Positions 37,582-46,954 of a DNA stretch of 58,643 bases are shown piece after piece. Numbering within the stretch: position 1 is the stretch's first letter; each line of letters begins with the position of its first letter. Below the pieces are notes generated by a model. The model made no database searches. It worked only from the letters and a program-made list of their open reading frames with translations, and had not been told where the DNA came from. Location of the stretch: positions 1 to 58,643 of the IMG/VR virus record IMGVR_UViG_3300036798_000432. One strand, 5' to 3'. Made by a program: the position numbers and the translations under genes. The stretch comes from a virus. Lineage: Duplodnaviria > Caudoviricetes.

Positions 37582-38152
37582 GTTTTACGGTGACGAGATC
37601 CTGGCGATGCGCGACGACATCGGCAGGCCCGTTGTTCCGATGAGGCCCATCTGTAAAAATCTCGGTCTTAGTTGGGGGAGCCAATACAATCGGATCAATC
37701 GCGACGATTTTTTATCGACCTGCGTCGTCAAAATGAAGGCGCAGATCGATGGTCAGTCTCGGGTAATTGTCTGTTTGCTGTTCGAGGCGCTCGCTCTTTG
37801 GCTTGTGACGGTCTCTAGCGGCAGTGTCAAAGAGGAGCTGCGGCCTCAGCTCAAGCTCTACAAAGCCGAAGTTGCGACGGTGCTGGCCAGACACTTTCAC
37901 TTAGTGCCCCCGGACGAACCAACGCAGCTGCAGCGTCGGCTGACCATCGGCGATGATTTGGCCCGTGTTGCCGCGATCCTCGCGGTTGTGCGCGAGGCGC
38001 GGATGACCATCGGGCGCACGGTCGCGATCCAAATCTGGCGCCAGCATCTCGAACTGCCAACCTCGCCGGCTTTTGAGCAGATGATGCGCGTAATGGGGAA
38101 TGTTGGTCCGCTTTTCGACCTACCAGCCGAGGAGGAGGACATCCATGGCTAG
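37562..38152 (+). CDS. Antirepressor with P22_AR_N domain
   Basis: VKFYGDEI...PVVPMRPICKNLGLSWGSQYNRI..D. GGAGG SD. Confidence 0.85.
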   Translation: MQLATVKFYGDEILAMRDDIGRPVVPMRPICKNLGLSWGSQYNRINRDDFLSTCVVKMKAQIDGQSRVIVCLLFEALALWLVTVSSGSVKEELRPQLKLYKAEVATVLARHFHLVPPDEPTQLQRRLTIGDDLARVAAILAVVREARMTIGRTVAIQIWRQHLELPTSPAFEQMMRVMGNVGPLFDLPAEEEDIHG

Positions 38153-38345
38153 AGGAAGCACACGAGGATCGACCCCGCCATCACGCGTCGGCGGGGTGCG
38201 TACCTACCAGCTGTCGACCACCTATGGGCGCTCCAGGGCGCAAGGAGCCTCTCGTTTCAGCCGGCCGTCGGCAAAGCTGTTGCGTGCCGGGCGCGCTGTG
38301 GGTCATCCGCGGCCGGACGGGAAACCAGAGCCAAGCGATAAGTGA
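38145..38345 (+). CDS. Small basic hypothetical protein
   Basis: GGAGG SD; fills the gap between neighbours. Confidence 0.5.
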   Translation: MARGSTRGSTPPSRVGGVRTYQLSTTYGRSRAQGASRFSRPSAKLLRAGRAVGHPRPDGKPEPSDK

Positions 38346-38849
38346 ATGTCGACCCGGGGGACCGGGTCCGGCACGCATCAGCATACACTGGTCCTCGGAC
38401 TCGAGGATCAGCAGCGGATCAAAGAGCTGATCGCGCGAGCGGCTGCCCGGCCGCTGACCCGTGAGACTGTGATGAGCCAGATCATGATCCGCCGTCGGGC
38501 GGGGCGTGTGGCGCTCGATCCTACCCGCTGCGTGATGGTGCCCGAGGGCTACCTCGTCGCGTTCTGGCTCGAAGACGCGCCCGAATGCGGTCTTGCCCGC
38601 CATCTGGCGGTCAGCTGCGGCACCGGGCTGCCCAACCATTCGGCGCTGCTCATGCTGCTGCGCGAATTCGGGTTTGTCGGAAGGCTCTCCGAGCAATGGA
38701 ATTTGGCCTGGCTCGAACCGGTCAGCGGGCGCGGTCGCGCGGTGCATCTGATCGAGCCGGTCGGGGTGGGCGAATTCGGCGCGACGATCAACCCGGATGA
38801 GATCGTCCCGCCGTCTCCCGACGAGATCGAGGAGGACGACGCGGAGTGA
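38346..38849 (+). CDS. Hypothetical protein (RHLAVS motif)
   Basis: P.GY.VAF..E...G..RHL.VS pattern. Confidence 0.7.
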   Translation: MSTRGTGSGTHQHTLVLGLEDQQRIKELIARAAARPLTRETVMSQIMIRRRAGRVALDPTRCVMVPEGYLVAFWLEDAPECGLARHLAVSCGTGLPNHSALLMLLREFGFVGRLSEQWNLAWLEPVSGRGRAVHLIEPVGVGEFGATINPDEIVPPSPDEIEEDDAE

Positions 38850-39049
38850 AACGACGCGGGAACGAACGGCAGGATAAAGCGCTCGCCCTGCGCCAGGCCG
38901 GGCTCGATTTCTCCTCGATCGCGGCAAAGATCGAACGCCTCGACGGGGATGGCTGCATTTCCGTGAGGATGGCGCAAACCCTGGTCCGCAAGGCGTCGGA
39001 TCGTGCTCGCCTCCCGCCGAGCTCAAGGAGGGAGGAAAACCCGCTATGA
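38846..39049 (+). CDS. Small HTH protein
   Basis: ALALRQAGLDFSSIA...ISVRMA. Confidence 0.6.
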   Translation: MKRRGNERQDKALALRQAGLDFSSIAAKIERLDGDGCISVRMAQTLVRKASDRARLPPSSRREENPL

Positions 39050-40182
39050 AGGGCGAGGCCTCCGAGCTCGCGCGCCATCTCGGCGAGCGGATCGATGCAT
39101 TGGTGCGCGATTTGCTGCCTCGAGGCAGGCGGAACGGCATTTGGTGGCGGGTCGGCTCGCTTGCCGGCGAAGAGGGTCAGTCGCTCGCCGTCACCCTCTC
39201 CGGGCATCGCCGCGGCCGCTGGACCGATTGGGAGGCCGACCAGGGCGGCGATGCGCTCGACCTGGTCGCGCAGATCGAGTGCAACGGCGACAAGATCGCG
39301 GCGATGGACTGGGCCCGTGATTGGCTCGGGCTCCCGGCCTTTGATCCGAGCAAACCGCTGGCCGAACGCAAACCACGGCGGCCGGTGCCGACGGCGACCG
39401 ATGGCCGGGCCGAGGCCGAGCGGCTGCTTAAACGCAACCGCAATCGTGCGTCGGAGATCTTCCTCAGCGCCAACCCGGTCGAGCGCGATGATCAGGTGTG
39501 GCGTTATTTCGCCGGCCGCTCGATTGATCTTGGCCGGCTGCCGCAGCTGCCGCGCGCGCTGCGGTGTCATCCCAAGCTGTGGAACGAGGAGTCGCAACGC
39601 GCCTGGCCGGCGCTGGTGGCGATGATCACCGATGTCGAGGGGCGCAACTGCGCGGTGCATCGCACCTGGCTCGAGGAGCGCAATCTCGCGTTTGAAGATG
39701 CGCCGATGGTCGGCAAGGCGCCGCTCGAGAATCCAAAGCTAAGCCTCGGCTCGTTTCGTGGTGGCTACATCCGGCTGTGGCGCGGTGCCGAGGGGCGCAG
39801 CTGGAAGTCATTGCGCCCGGGCGAGCCGCTACTGATCGGCGAAGGACTCGAGGACGTGCTGAGCTATCTGCAGTTCGATCCCGAGCCACGCGCCGCGTGT
39901 GCAGTGTCGCTCAGTTTTATGGCGGCGATGGAATTGCCGCCGGAATTCACCGAGATCCGCATTCTGGCCCAGCGCGATCCTCGGCTGACACCAAAAGGTC
40001 AGAAGATCACCGACGGGCGCACCGTGCATCTCTCACCGGCGCGCAAGCTATTGACGCGGGTGATCAGGCGATTTGAGGGCGAAGGCCGTAAAGTAAAACT
40101 CTGGACACCGCCAGTTTTCGCCAAAGACATCAACGAGTACGTGCAACTAATAGCTCGGGAGGGGGTTGTGTATGAGCGATGA
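39046..40182 (+). CDS. DNA primase (Toprim, P4-alpha-like primase region)
   Basis: GSLAGEEGQSL, GGDALDLV, PALVA, AVHRTWL, LLIGEGLEDVLS, KDINE. Confidence 0.85.
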   Translation: MKGEASELARHLGERIDALVRDLLPRGRRNGIWWRVGSLAGEEGQSLAVTLSGHRRGRWTDWEADQGGDALDLVAQIECNGDKIAAMDWARDWLGLPAFDPSKPLAERKPRRPVPTATDGRAEAERLLKRNRNRASEIFLSANPVERDDQVWRYFAGRSIDLGRLPQLPRALRCHPKLWNEESQRAWPALVAMITDVEGRNCAVHRTWLEERNLAFEDAPMVGKAPLENPKLSLGSFRGGYIRLWRGAEGRSWKSLRPGEPLLIGEGLEDVLSYLQFDPEPRAACAVSLSFMAAMELPPEFTEIRILAQRDPRLTPKGQKITDGRTVHLSPARKLLTRVIRRFEGEGRKVKLWTPPVFAKDINEYVQLIAREGVVYER

Positions 40183-41626
40183 GCATGCGGCTGTCAGCGA
40201 TCCCAAGATTGTTGATTTCGGCAAGTTTCGCGAGGAGTTCGGAGGCGGCGGTCGAGGTGGCGGCGGGGGGCCGCCCGGTGGTGGTGCGCCGAGTGAGCCG
40301 GAGTCATCAGCGGTTTTTGCCAGCGAGGACGCGATGGGGCTACAACTTGTCGATGAGCTCGGCGAGGATTGGCACTACGTCGAAAAGTGGGATGATTGGA
40401 TTACTTGGAACGGCAGCTATTGGGAGCGGGATCAAAAATGCCAAGTATTCGATCGGGCGCGCATTGTATGTCGAGGCACCGCCGGTCCGATCGACACAAG
40501 AGCGGGCGCGCTGAGGCGCTTTATCAGCTCGCGTCGTGTCACGTGGAGTGTCGAGCAATTTGCTCGCAAAGATCCGAGGATGATCATGACCCCTGAGGTT
40601 TTTGATGGCGATCCGTTTTTGCTCAACACGCCGGCCGGGATCGTCGACCTCAACACCGGTCAGCTCTATGGGCATGACCGCGACAAGTGGATGACGGAGC
40701 TCGCCGGTGCCGGCCCGGAGGGCGAGTGTCCGACCTGGATGCGGTTTTTGCACGAGATCACTGGCGGCGATGTCGTCTATCAGCAATATCTGCAGCGCCT
40801 CATCGGCTACAGCCTGACCGGCTCGTGCGAGGAGGAGATATTCGCATTTTGCTACGGCCCGCCGAATACCGGAAAATCGAAGTTCGTCGAGACCATCCGG
40901 TTGTTGCACGGGACCTATGGAACAAGCGCTCCAATGTCCAGCTTCGTCGCGACCACCGCAGAGAGACATCCGACTGATCTTGCTGGTTTTGTTGGCAAAC
41001 GGCTGGTGACAGCGGCTGAAACCGACGAGGGTCGACGGTGGGATCAGCAGCGGATTACCAACCTGACCGGACGGGATCAGATCAAGGCCCGATTTATGCG
41101 CGGTGACTTTTTCTCGTACTATCCGCAATTTCTTCTGATCTTTCATGGCAATTGCCGTCCTAGGCTTGGTGGTGTTGATATGGCGATGCGACGACGCTTG
41201 CACCTGTTGCCGTTCACAAATAAACCAAAGCAAATTGACGCTCATCTAATTGACAAATTCAAACTGGAACTGGGCGGCATCATGGTCTGGGCAGTGCATG
41301 GTGCAGTGTTGTGGCGAAAACACGGGCTGCAGCCTCCGCCAATTGTTCTGCAAGCAACAAAAGACTATTTCGACCGCGAAAGCTTGATCGAGAGCTGGCT
41401 CGACGATCGCTGTGCGCGCGACCCGAATGCGAAGACCGAGTTGAGCACGCTTTATGCCGATTATGCCGCGTGGGCTAAGAAGGCCAACGAGTACATCCTG
41501 CCGCAGCGGCGTTTTACCGACGCTCTCGAAAACCTCGGTTTTAACCGTGATCGTGATTGGCGGACGCGACATGTGCAAGTTGTTGGCTTGGCAATTACCG
41601 ACAGCAATGGGGAGTTGGGGCTGTGA
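40172..41626 (+). CDS. D5/P4-family SF3 helicase
   Basis: D5-N (W..WNG..W, LNTPAGIVDL.TG); Walker A YGPPNTGKS; GKRLVTAAE; LTGRD.IKARFM; AMRRRL. Confidence 0.95.
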   Translation: MSDEHAAVSDPKIVDFGKFREEFGGGGRGGGGGPPGGGAPSEPESSAVFASEDAMGLQLVDELGEDWHYVEKWDDWITWNGSYWERDQKCQVFDRARIVCRGTAGPIDTRAGALRRFISSRRVTWSVEQFARKDPRMIMTPEVFDGDPFLLNTPAGIVDLNTGQLYGHDRDKWMTELAGAGPEGECPTWMRFLHEITGGDVVYQQYLQRLIGYSLTGSCEEEIFAFCYGPPNTGKSKFVETIRLLHGTYGTSAPMSSFVATTAERHPTDLAGFVGKRLVTAAETDEGRRWDQQRITNLTGRDQIKARFMRGDFFSYYPQFLLIFHGNCRPRLGGVDMAMRRRLHLLPFTNKPKQIDAHLIDKFKLELGGIMVWAVHGAVLWRKHGLQPPPIVLQATKDYFDRESLIESWLDDRCARDPNAKTELSTLYADYAAWAKKANEYILPQRRFTDALENLGFNRDRDWRTRHVQVVGLAITDSNGELGL

Positions 41627-41952
41627 CCGCCGAGTATCGCCAGCAGCAAAGGGAAAGCGCCAAACGTCAGGGGATTGGCAGCGATTTTAGGCAGAACACG
41701 TTCAGTCGGGTCAACCGCGCGCTCCGTGCGTTGGAGCGGGCTGAGACCCAGCATGAGTGGTTCAGGTTTTACGAGACCATGCATCCGCTGGCGCAGTTTC
41801 TTAAGCTTGAGGAGGTGCTTGCTCTGTTTGAAAACGTCTATGCCAAGGGCAATCAACCGACCTTCGACGACGTTCAACACCACCGCAAGCGGCTGGAGGA
41901 GATCCTCACGGAACTGAGGCAGGAATATGCTCCTCGTGCGCGCCGTGGTTGA
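41623..41952 (+). CDS. Hypothetical protein
   Basis: GTGA overlap with the helicase stop. Confidence 0.65.
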   Translation: MTAEYRQQQRESAKRQGIGSDFRQNTFSRVNRALRALERAETQHEWFRFYETMHPLAQFLKLEEVLALFENVYAKGNQPTFDDVQHHRKRLEEILTELRQEYAPRARRG

Positions 41953-42016
41953 GTGGTGGATCTACTCCTGGAAGTTGAGTGTGGCATCGTCGCACGTGTG
42001 TGTTGTTTGCGTACCA

Positions 42017-42120
42017 CTACATCGACCTACATCGAACCTCCGGCTGAGGAGGCATACGGGCGCGCATGTACGCGCGCGCAAAGGGTCGTTGGACCGGAGG
42101 GTCGATGTAGGTCGATGTAG
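42017..42120. repeat. 27-bp inverted repeat with internal CTACATCGA iterons; putative replication origin
   Basis: 42017-42043 versus 42094-42120, one mismatch. Purine-pyrimidine alternating centre. Downstream of the helicase operon. Confidence 0.7.
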
Positions 42121-42227
42121 GTCTCACTTTGTTCTCGTTTTCCGCGCGAAAGCGGTTGCAGCCATCCAGGTCGGGCTCGGCCGGTTGGTAAGTCGCTGAC
42201 AACGCGGAATAAACTAAGGGGGTTATA

Positions 42228-42776
42228 ATGGCCGATCGCGGTTTCAAGGCGGGTCTCGCCGAGGCGGTCGAGGCGGCGCGCCAGCAAGAGTTGCAGCAAT
42301 TGGCCCGGCAGCTCGACTTTGGCTTCGATCCAGGCCAGGCGACCCCTGACCAGAGTGTGCAGGATGCGCCCGGTGAAGTTGCAAAGCGCGGTCGACCGGC
42401 AGGGTCTCGGAACAAGAGAACTGACGCGGCCTCGCGGTTCTACATGAGCCAGTTTGGCGACCCGCTGGCTCGCGGAGCGCAGATTTCGGCCTTGCCGATA
42501 TTGGCTGAGGGCGTTTTGCCGGAGCTCGCCAAGGTGTTGGGCTGCGAGCGCTTTGAGGCGGCAAAATGGTGGGCCGGCATTTATGCCGCGACGCTCCCGT
42601 TTATGCATCAGCGGTTGAGCACGCTCACCGTTCGGCCGGAAGGCTCGCCGGAGGGTGAGCCGGTCAGCTGGTCGTTCAGCGAGGAGATCCTCGAACTCGT
42701 CCACACCACACAAGACGCGCGGCGCCAGGAAGCGCTCGATGCCGAGCTCGAGCGCGAAGAGCAATCCGGGGAATGA
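42228..42776 (+). CDS. terS: Putative terminase small subunit
   Basis: KRGRPAGSRNKRT...DPL...ELAKVLGC...EA...LPFMHQRL, a TerS-like pattern in alphaproteobacterial phages. Confidence 0.65.
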   Translation: MADRGFKAGLAEAVEAARQQELQQLARQLDFGFDPGQATPDQSVQDAPGEVAKRGRPAGSRNKRTDAASRFYMSQFGDPLARGAQISALPILAEGVLPELAKVLGCERFEAAKWWAGIYAATLPFMHQRLSTLTVRPEGSPEGEPVSWSFSEEILELVHTTQDARRQEALDAELEREEQSGE

Positions 42777-42974
42777 ATATTGCGATGGCCGTGATTATTG
42801 CGCTCGAATGTCGCATAAGCTCCATTATGGAAAATCGGGTTCTCAGTGATATCAACTGGTTAGACCGTTGCGTGCCGTATCAGCAACAACAGAAGCTGCC
42901 GATCACTAGATCTAGGGGGTGGTGATGCATCAGAGAGCGCGCAACCATCGCAATATTGCGACGAACCGAGGCTG

Positions 42975-43178
42975 ATGTCGTGGTCGTTGGAGACGTTTGT
43001 TGGTCTGGTGGCGATCGTGGCGTTGATGTGGCTGACGGCGCGTGTTGGCGACGACGAGAACGGGCTCGAAGTGGTCCGCGGGTTCGTCTATGCGGTCCTT
43101 CCGTCGGTGTTGATATGGTGGGGGATTATTTGGGTTGTCCGAGCAATACTGTGCTATCTCTTGCTACTGGTAGCATAG
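42975..43178 (+). CDS. Small membrane protein
   Basis: Two or three hydrophobic helices; GAGG SD. Confidence 0.5.
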   Translation: MSWSLETFVGLVAIVALMWLTARVGDDENGLEVVRGFVYAVLPSVLIWWGIIWVVRAILCYLLLLVA

Positions 43179-43230
43179 ACTGGGGAACTGATGTGATTAC
43201 TGTGGCTCTATTAGGAAAGGCACTCCAAAG

Positions 43231-43346
43231 ACCCCCCGGTGGGTATCCCGGAAAAAGCGGCGATACCTGGGTAGGGGGTGGGCTGGCTCGAGCGCCTCGA
43301 TTTCTGAAAAATTTTTACAGACCGCTGAAATTTCAGAAAATTTTTT
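43231..43346. other. Putative pac/genome-end signal
   Basis: C6 and G5 tracts, then the AT palindromes CTGAAAAATTTTTACAG, CTGAAATTTCAG and AAAATTTT, downstream of terS. Confidence 0.5.
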
Positions 43347-43393
43347 GCGTGCGCAGCAGCTGACATGGACCTGGCACTATTGAGGAGGGATTG

Positions 43394-43948
43394 ATGGGTG
43401 AAGCAAAGCGGCGCGAACTGATCCGCAAAACCCTCGAAGCGGTGCGGGCCAGCATGTGGACGTTTCTCGGCGACGCGGCGGAGCGGGTCCAGGTCAAGCG
43501 CGCGGATCTCTTGGCGCTGCTCCTCGAGTACGGGATGCTAGGCGGCGGCTTTACCGAGGCGGAGTCGGATTACTTCATCAGCCGGATGGAGGCGATCGAG
43601 CAGGCCTTAGACCAGCACCTGCGGCAGGAAGCGGGGGCCCCATCTTCACAACTCAAACCGGCGGCGGCGCCGGTCGATCTGACTGCGGTAGGCCGGTTGG
43701 CGCTGCGCCAGGTGGGCGATCAATGGGTGGCCTTCTATGCGGTGCCTGAGAGCATGGAAGGGGCGTTGGAGCTCGGCCGCATCCAGCTGGTCCTGGTTGA
43801 ACGAGAGGAGCGTCGGCGAGCATTTATGAACCTAATGAGCGATGTCGTCGCCGATCTGATCGAAGAGCGCGTCGGGGTGCGGCCGTTCATGCCGGGACCC
43901 CAGCCGGCGCCGCCTCCGAACCGAGGGAGGGTCGATGAGCGCGAATGA
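43394..43948 (+). CDS. Conserved phage hypothetical protein
   Basis: GAGGAGG SD; MGEAKRR; GRLALR..G..WVAFYA. Confidence 0.75.
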   Translation: MGEAKRRELIRKTLEAVRASMWTFLGDAAERVQVKRADLLALLLEYGMLGGGFTEAESDYFISRMEAIEQALDQHLRQEAGAPSSQLKPAAAPVDLTAVGRLALRQVGDQWVAFYAVPESMEGALELGRIQLVLVEREERRRAFMNLMSDVVADLIEERVGVRPFMPGPQPAPPPNRGRVDERE

Positions 43949-44038
43949 GCAGCTGTTGTTGCGCCAAATCCTCGAAACATTGCGCGAGATCCTCCAGGTG
44001 TTGCGCAAGATCGAGCGGCAGATCCCCGCGGATTGCTG

Positions 44039-44272
44039 ATGGAAATCAAGCTGCGGATCAGCGGCAGCGGGATCGCCCACAACGGCATCAGGGCGATCGG
44101 AGGGCGCGAAGAGCTCTATGCCGCGACCTCGGCAATTAGTTGCCTGCACGACGCATTACTTGCTGTAGCAAAAGGAACTGTCACTCCGGCCGAGATCCAG
44201 GATTTCTTTTGGCATCGCGATCTTGACCAGGCGGAGTTTTTTGGTGACGTGATTTCGTTTCACACGGACTGA
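44039..44272 (+). CDS. Hypothetical protein
   Basis: Open frame between neighbouring genes. Confidence 0.5.
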   Translation: MEIKLRISGSGIAHNGIRAIGGREELYAATSAISCLHDALLAVAKGTVTPAEIQDFFWHRDLDQAEFFGDVISFHTD

Positions 44273-44283
44273 AGGGTGAGGGA

Positions 44284-44646
44284 ATGATCTCGCTGTTGAT
44301 GGCGGTCCGGGGCGGTGGTCAACCGGTGCCGGTGATCGAGGTCGCTGGGCCGGCGCCAACCTTTACGTTTTGGTATCCCCCGAGCATGGCGAACCCGCTG
44401 CCAGTCATCGATATGGGCGGTGCGGGTGCCGGGGCGTCGATCAATGGGCCCTATCCGCCGACGGCGAGCGCGCCGTGGCCGATGCACGTCGTGCCGGGCG
44501 GGGTGGTGCCGCCGATCGACACCTGGTGGCTGCCGACGACCGATAATCCGTGGCCGGTGGTGCTCGTCACCGGGGTAACGCTGCCCGACATCCACACCTG
44601 GTGGCCGCCGTCGGCGCAGATGCCCTGGCCGGTCTATTTCGTATGA
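44284..44646 (+). CDS. Protein built from W-x-P(P/T)-x-x-x-P-(L/W)-PV repeats
   Basis: FWYPPSMANPLPV, YPPTASAPWPM, WWLPTTDNPWPV, WWPPSAQMPWPV. The same motif begins tail fibre 1. Confidence 0.8.
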   Translation: MISLLMAVRGGGQPVPVIEVAGPAPTFTFWYPPSMANPLPVIDMGGAGAGASINGPYPPTASAPWPMHVVPGGVVPPIDTWWLPTTDNPWPVVLVTGVTLPDIHTWWPPSAQMPWPVYFV

Positions 44647-44918
44647 TCGTTCGAAAGTGGTGGAAGGAATTTGAGGGTCTGACCGCGGAGAGGGTCGCCG
44701 ACATCGTTCGCGTCACCTGCCTCAATCGCGCGGCGCGCAAGGGGGTCGAGCCGCTGGAAGTGGATATCTCTGGTTGGCAAATTCCCAGCGACGGGGGTGA
44801 GTTGATCGATCTGATCGAGGGCAAAATTCGCCAAGCCGAAGAGGCGGCGGGCTGGGACAAGATCCCGGATTTGCCGCTCAACGAACGGCGGCGGCGGCTA
44901 GGGCTTCCTCCGATATGA
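44643..44918 (+). CDS. Hypothetical protein
   Basis: ATGA coupling. Ends NERRRRLGLPPI. Confidence 0.65.
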   Translation: MIVRKWWKEFEGLTAERVADIVRVTCLNRAARKGVEPLEVDISGWQIPSDGGELIDLIEGKIRQAEEAAGWDKIPDLPLNERRRRLGLPPI

Positions 44919-45023
44919 TCGGGCCGACCTTCATCTATCGCGGCATCGAGGGTCTCGATTATGACGAGAAATGCGTCGGTTCAACCGACGTATTTCGCGG
45001 AATGATTGATGGAGCTTAGAGGC

Positions 45024-45365
45024 ATGACCGACCGCCCGGGGATGCGCCTGTTGACCTGGCGCAAGATCGGCAAGGGCAAGGTGATCGGAGTCGCCAGCAT
45101 CGAGCTCCCGAACGGGTTTCGGGTCCACGAGATCATGGTGTTTCGCGGGAAGGACGGCCCCTATGCGATGCTGCCGTCGCGGCCGCAGCTCAATCGCGAC
45201 AGGCGGCCCGTCGTCGACCAGGCCGGCAAGGTGATCTACACGACGCTGAACGAGTGGAAATCGGCCGCGCTGGGCAAGGCGTGGAGCGCCAAGCTGATCG
45301 AGCTCTGCCGGGCGGCGCACAGCGATGATTTCTATGATCCCGAGACCGGGGAGTTTGATGCGTAA
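45024..45365 (+). CDS. SpoVG-like / ssDNA-binding protein
   Basis: GVASIEL.NG.RVHEI.V...KDG.YAMLPS; acidic aromatic tail YDPETGEF. Confidence 0.65.
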   Translation: MTDRPGMRLLTWRKIGKGKVIGVASIELPNGFRVHEIMVFRGKDGPYAMLPSRPQLNRDRRPVVDQAGKVIYTTLNEWKSAALGKAWSAKLIELCRAAHSDDFYDPETGEFDA

Positions 45366-45500
45366 GCGAGGCGCGGTGCCGAATGGCGGATCGTTTCGGT
45401 CAAATGGCGTCCGGCAGATACCCAGAGCGACAGCCGCGTCGGTATGCGTGTAGGTAGGCGGCCGCCCTCGCCGTGGCGGTTGAAAACCGAAGGAGAGCCT

Positions 45501-45959
45501 ATGACCGAATATCGAATGCCGCCGCTGCCGCTCGAGGGGGGCGACGTCGCGCGCTCGGAAAAACCGGTCCTGTGTCTCGATTTTGACGGGGTATTGCACT
45601 CCTATGTGACCGGCTGGAAGGGAGCGACCGAAATCCCCGACCCGCCGGTCCCCGGCTTTGCCGAATTTTTGGCGGCCGCGGTGATGAAGTTCCGGGTGTG
45701 CGTCTATTCTTCGCGTTCGTCCTCGCCGGCGGGCATCAAGGCGATGCAGCGGTGGCTTTACGATGCGTTAGCCCAGGCCGCGGATCCCCGCACTGCCGCT
45801 GTGCTCTTTGATATGATCGATTTTCCCAAAACCAAGCCGCCGGCGTTTCTGACGATCGACGATCGCGCGCTGACATTTACCGGGACCTGGCCGGCGGTCG
45901 ACGAGCTGGTCAACTTCCGGCCTTGGTATCGGCGTCCCCCAACCGAAGAGGAGGCATAG
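45501..45959 (+). CDS. HAD-superfamily phosphatase
   Basis: LCLDFDGVLHSY, YSSR, KPPA...IDDRA. Confidence 0.85.
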   Translation: MTEYRMPPLPLEGGDVARSEKPVLCLDFDGVLHSYVTGWKGATEIPDPPVPGFAEFLAAAVMKFRVCVYSSRSSSPAGIKAMQRWLYDALAQAADPRTAAVLFDMIDFPKTKPPAFLTIDDRALTFTGTWPAVDELVNFRPWYRRPPTEEEA

Positions 45960-45961
45960 GC

Positions 45962-46204
45962 GTGCATTACATGCGGCAGTTTTTCACCTTCGAGCACCTG
46001 CCCGAACACCTGCAGGAGATCAGCAAGCCGTTCGCCGGGCTCGCCGAGTGGATCGACGATACGTGCCCGGGAAACCCGGAAAAGACGACGGCGCTGCGCA
46101 AGCTGCTCGAAGCAAAGGACTGCGCGGTCCGGGCGACGCTGTTCCGTGCGTCAGCGACGAACCGGAGCGACTCTGGCGCCGAGCAGCTGGCGGCGCGCGA
46201 GTGA
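45962..46204 (+). CDS. Second Acb2/Tad1-like helical-hairpin protein
   Basis: FFTFEHLPEHLQEISKPF..LA......P..PEKTTALRKLLEAKDCAVRA. Confidence 0.55.
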   Translation: MHYMRQFFTFEHLPEHLQEISKPFAGLAEWIDDTCPGNPEKTTALRKLLEAKDCAVRATLFRASATNRSDSGAEQLAARE

Positions 46205-46437
46205 CCGAAAAGCAATCCGCTACTCTCGAGCAGGCGCTGACAAAGGCGGGATTTGCCAGCGACACCGAAAGCCTGCGCGAGCTGGCGAAACTGGAAGAGC
46301 CGCCGGTGGGGCTGCCCTGGCTAATTTCGGTCGAGGACCGACTGTATCCCGATTTCAAGCATTGGCTGCCGGTCCCTCAGGTCGCCGAAGCGTTGGTGCG
46401 TTTTCGCGATGCTCGCGGAGCCGGCGATGCCCGGTGA
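46201..46437 (+). CDS. Hypothetical protein
   Basis: GTGA coupling. Confidence 0.55.
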   Translation: MTEKQSATLEQALTKAGFASDTESLRELAKLEEPPVGLPWLISVEDRLYPDFKHWLPVPQVAEALVRFRDARGAGDAR

Positions 46438-46771
46438 GACCTGGGTGTGGATCGCGCAGTGCCTCTGTCCGCGGCGCCATTGCATTTGTGCTGGGGTCGA
46501 TGAGGCGGCCGACGAGCTCGACGCCGAGATCAAGATCGCGGCGCCCCTGCGAGAGGAGCTTTCAAGACTGATCGAGAGCGGGGGCGTCAACCCGTGGTGC
46601 GGGATCTGCCACGCGCCGCGCGAGACCTGGCATTTCGAGCTCGGAAGATCGCGCTGGACGACTCTCGCCGAGGCGGCGCCGGAGATCCATAAAATCGCTG
46701 CCGAACAGGCGGCGACGGGCGCGGTATTTGGCGAATTATTGGGTGCCAAAACCCGCGGGCGGATGCACTAA
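46427..46771 (+). CDS. Small Zn-binding hypothetical protein
   Basis: QCLCPRRHC...NPWCGIC. Confidence 0.7.
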   Translation: MPGETWVWIAQCLCPRRHCICAGVDEAADELDAEIKIAAPLREELSRLIESGGVNPWCGICHAPRETWHFELGRSRWTTLAEAAPEIHKIAAEQAATGAVFGELLGAKTRGRMH

Positions 46772-46938
46772 CCCGTGGTTTCGTCGCTGGGCGGCGGCGG
46801 GGTATTGCAGTTCGGGCAGGCGATCCAGATCAGTTTTCGTGGTGCTTCGGGGGTGTCGCCGGGGACCAGGCGGGGCACCATCCCGGCCTCGCCACCGTAA
46901 GGTGAGCATTCGGGACAGCCGGCGGGTTTGGGGATCAT
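46768..46938 (-). CDS. 56-aa zinc-ribbon protein (absent from the ORF track)
   Basis: My translation: MIPKPAGCPECSPYGG...WIACPNCN. CACGGAG SD. Confidence 0.6.
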   Translation of the reverse strand: MIPKPAGCPECSPYGGEAGMVPRLVPGDTPEAPRKLIWIACPNCNTPPPPSDETTG

Positions 46939-46954
46939 AGAACTCCGTGAAACG

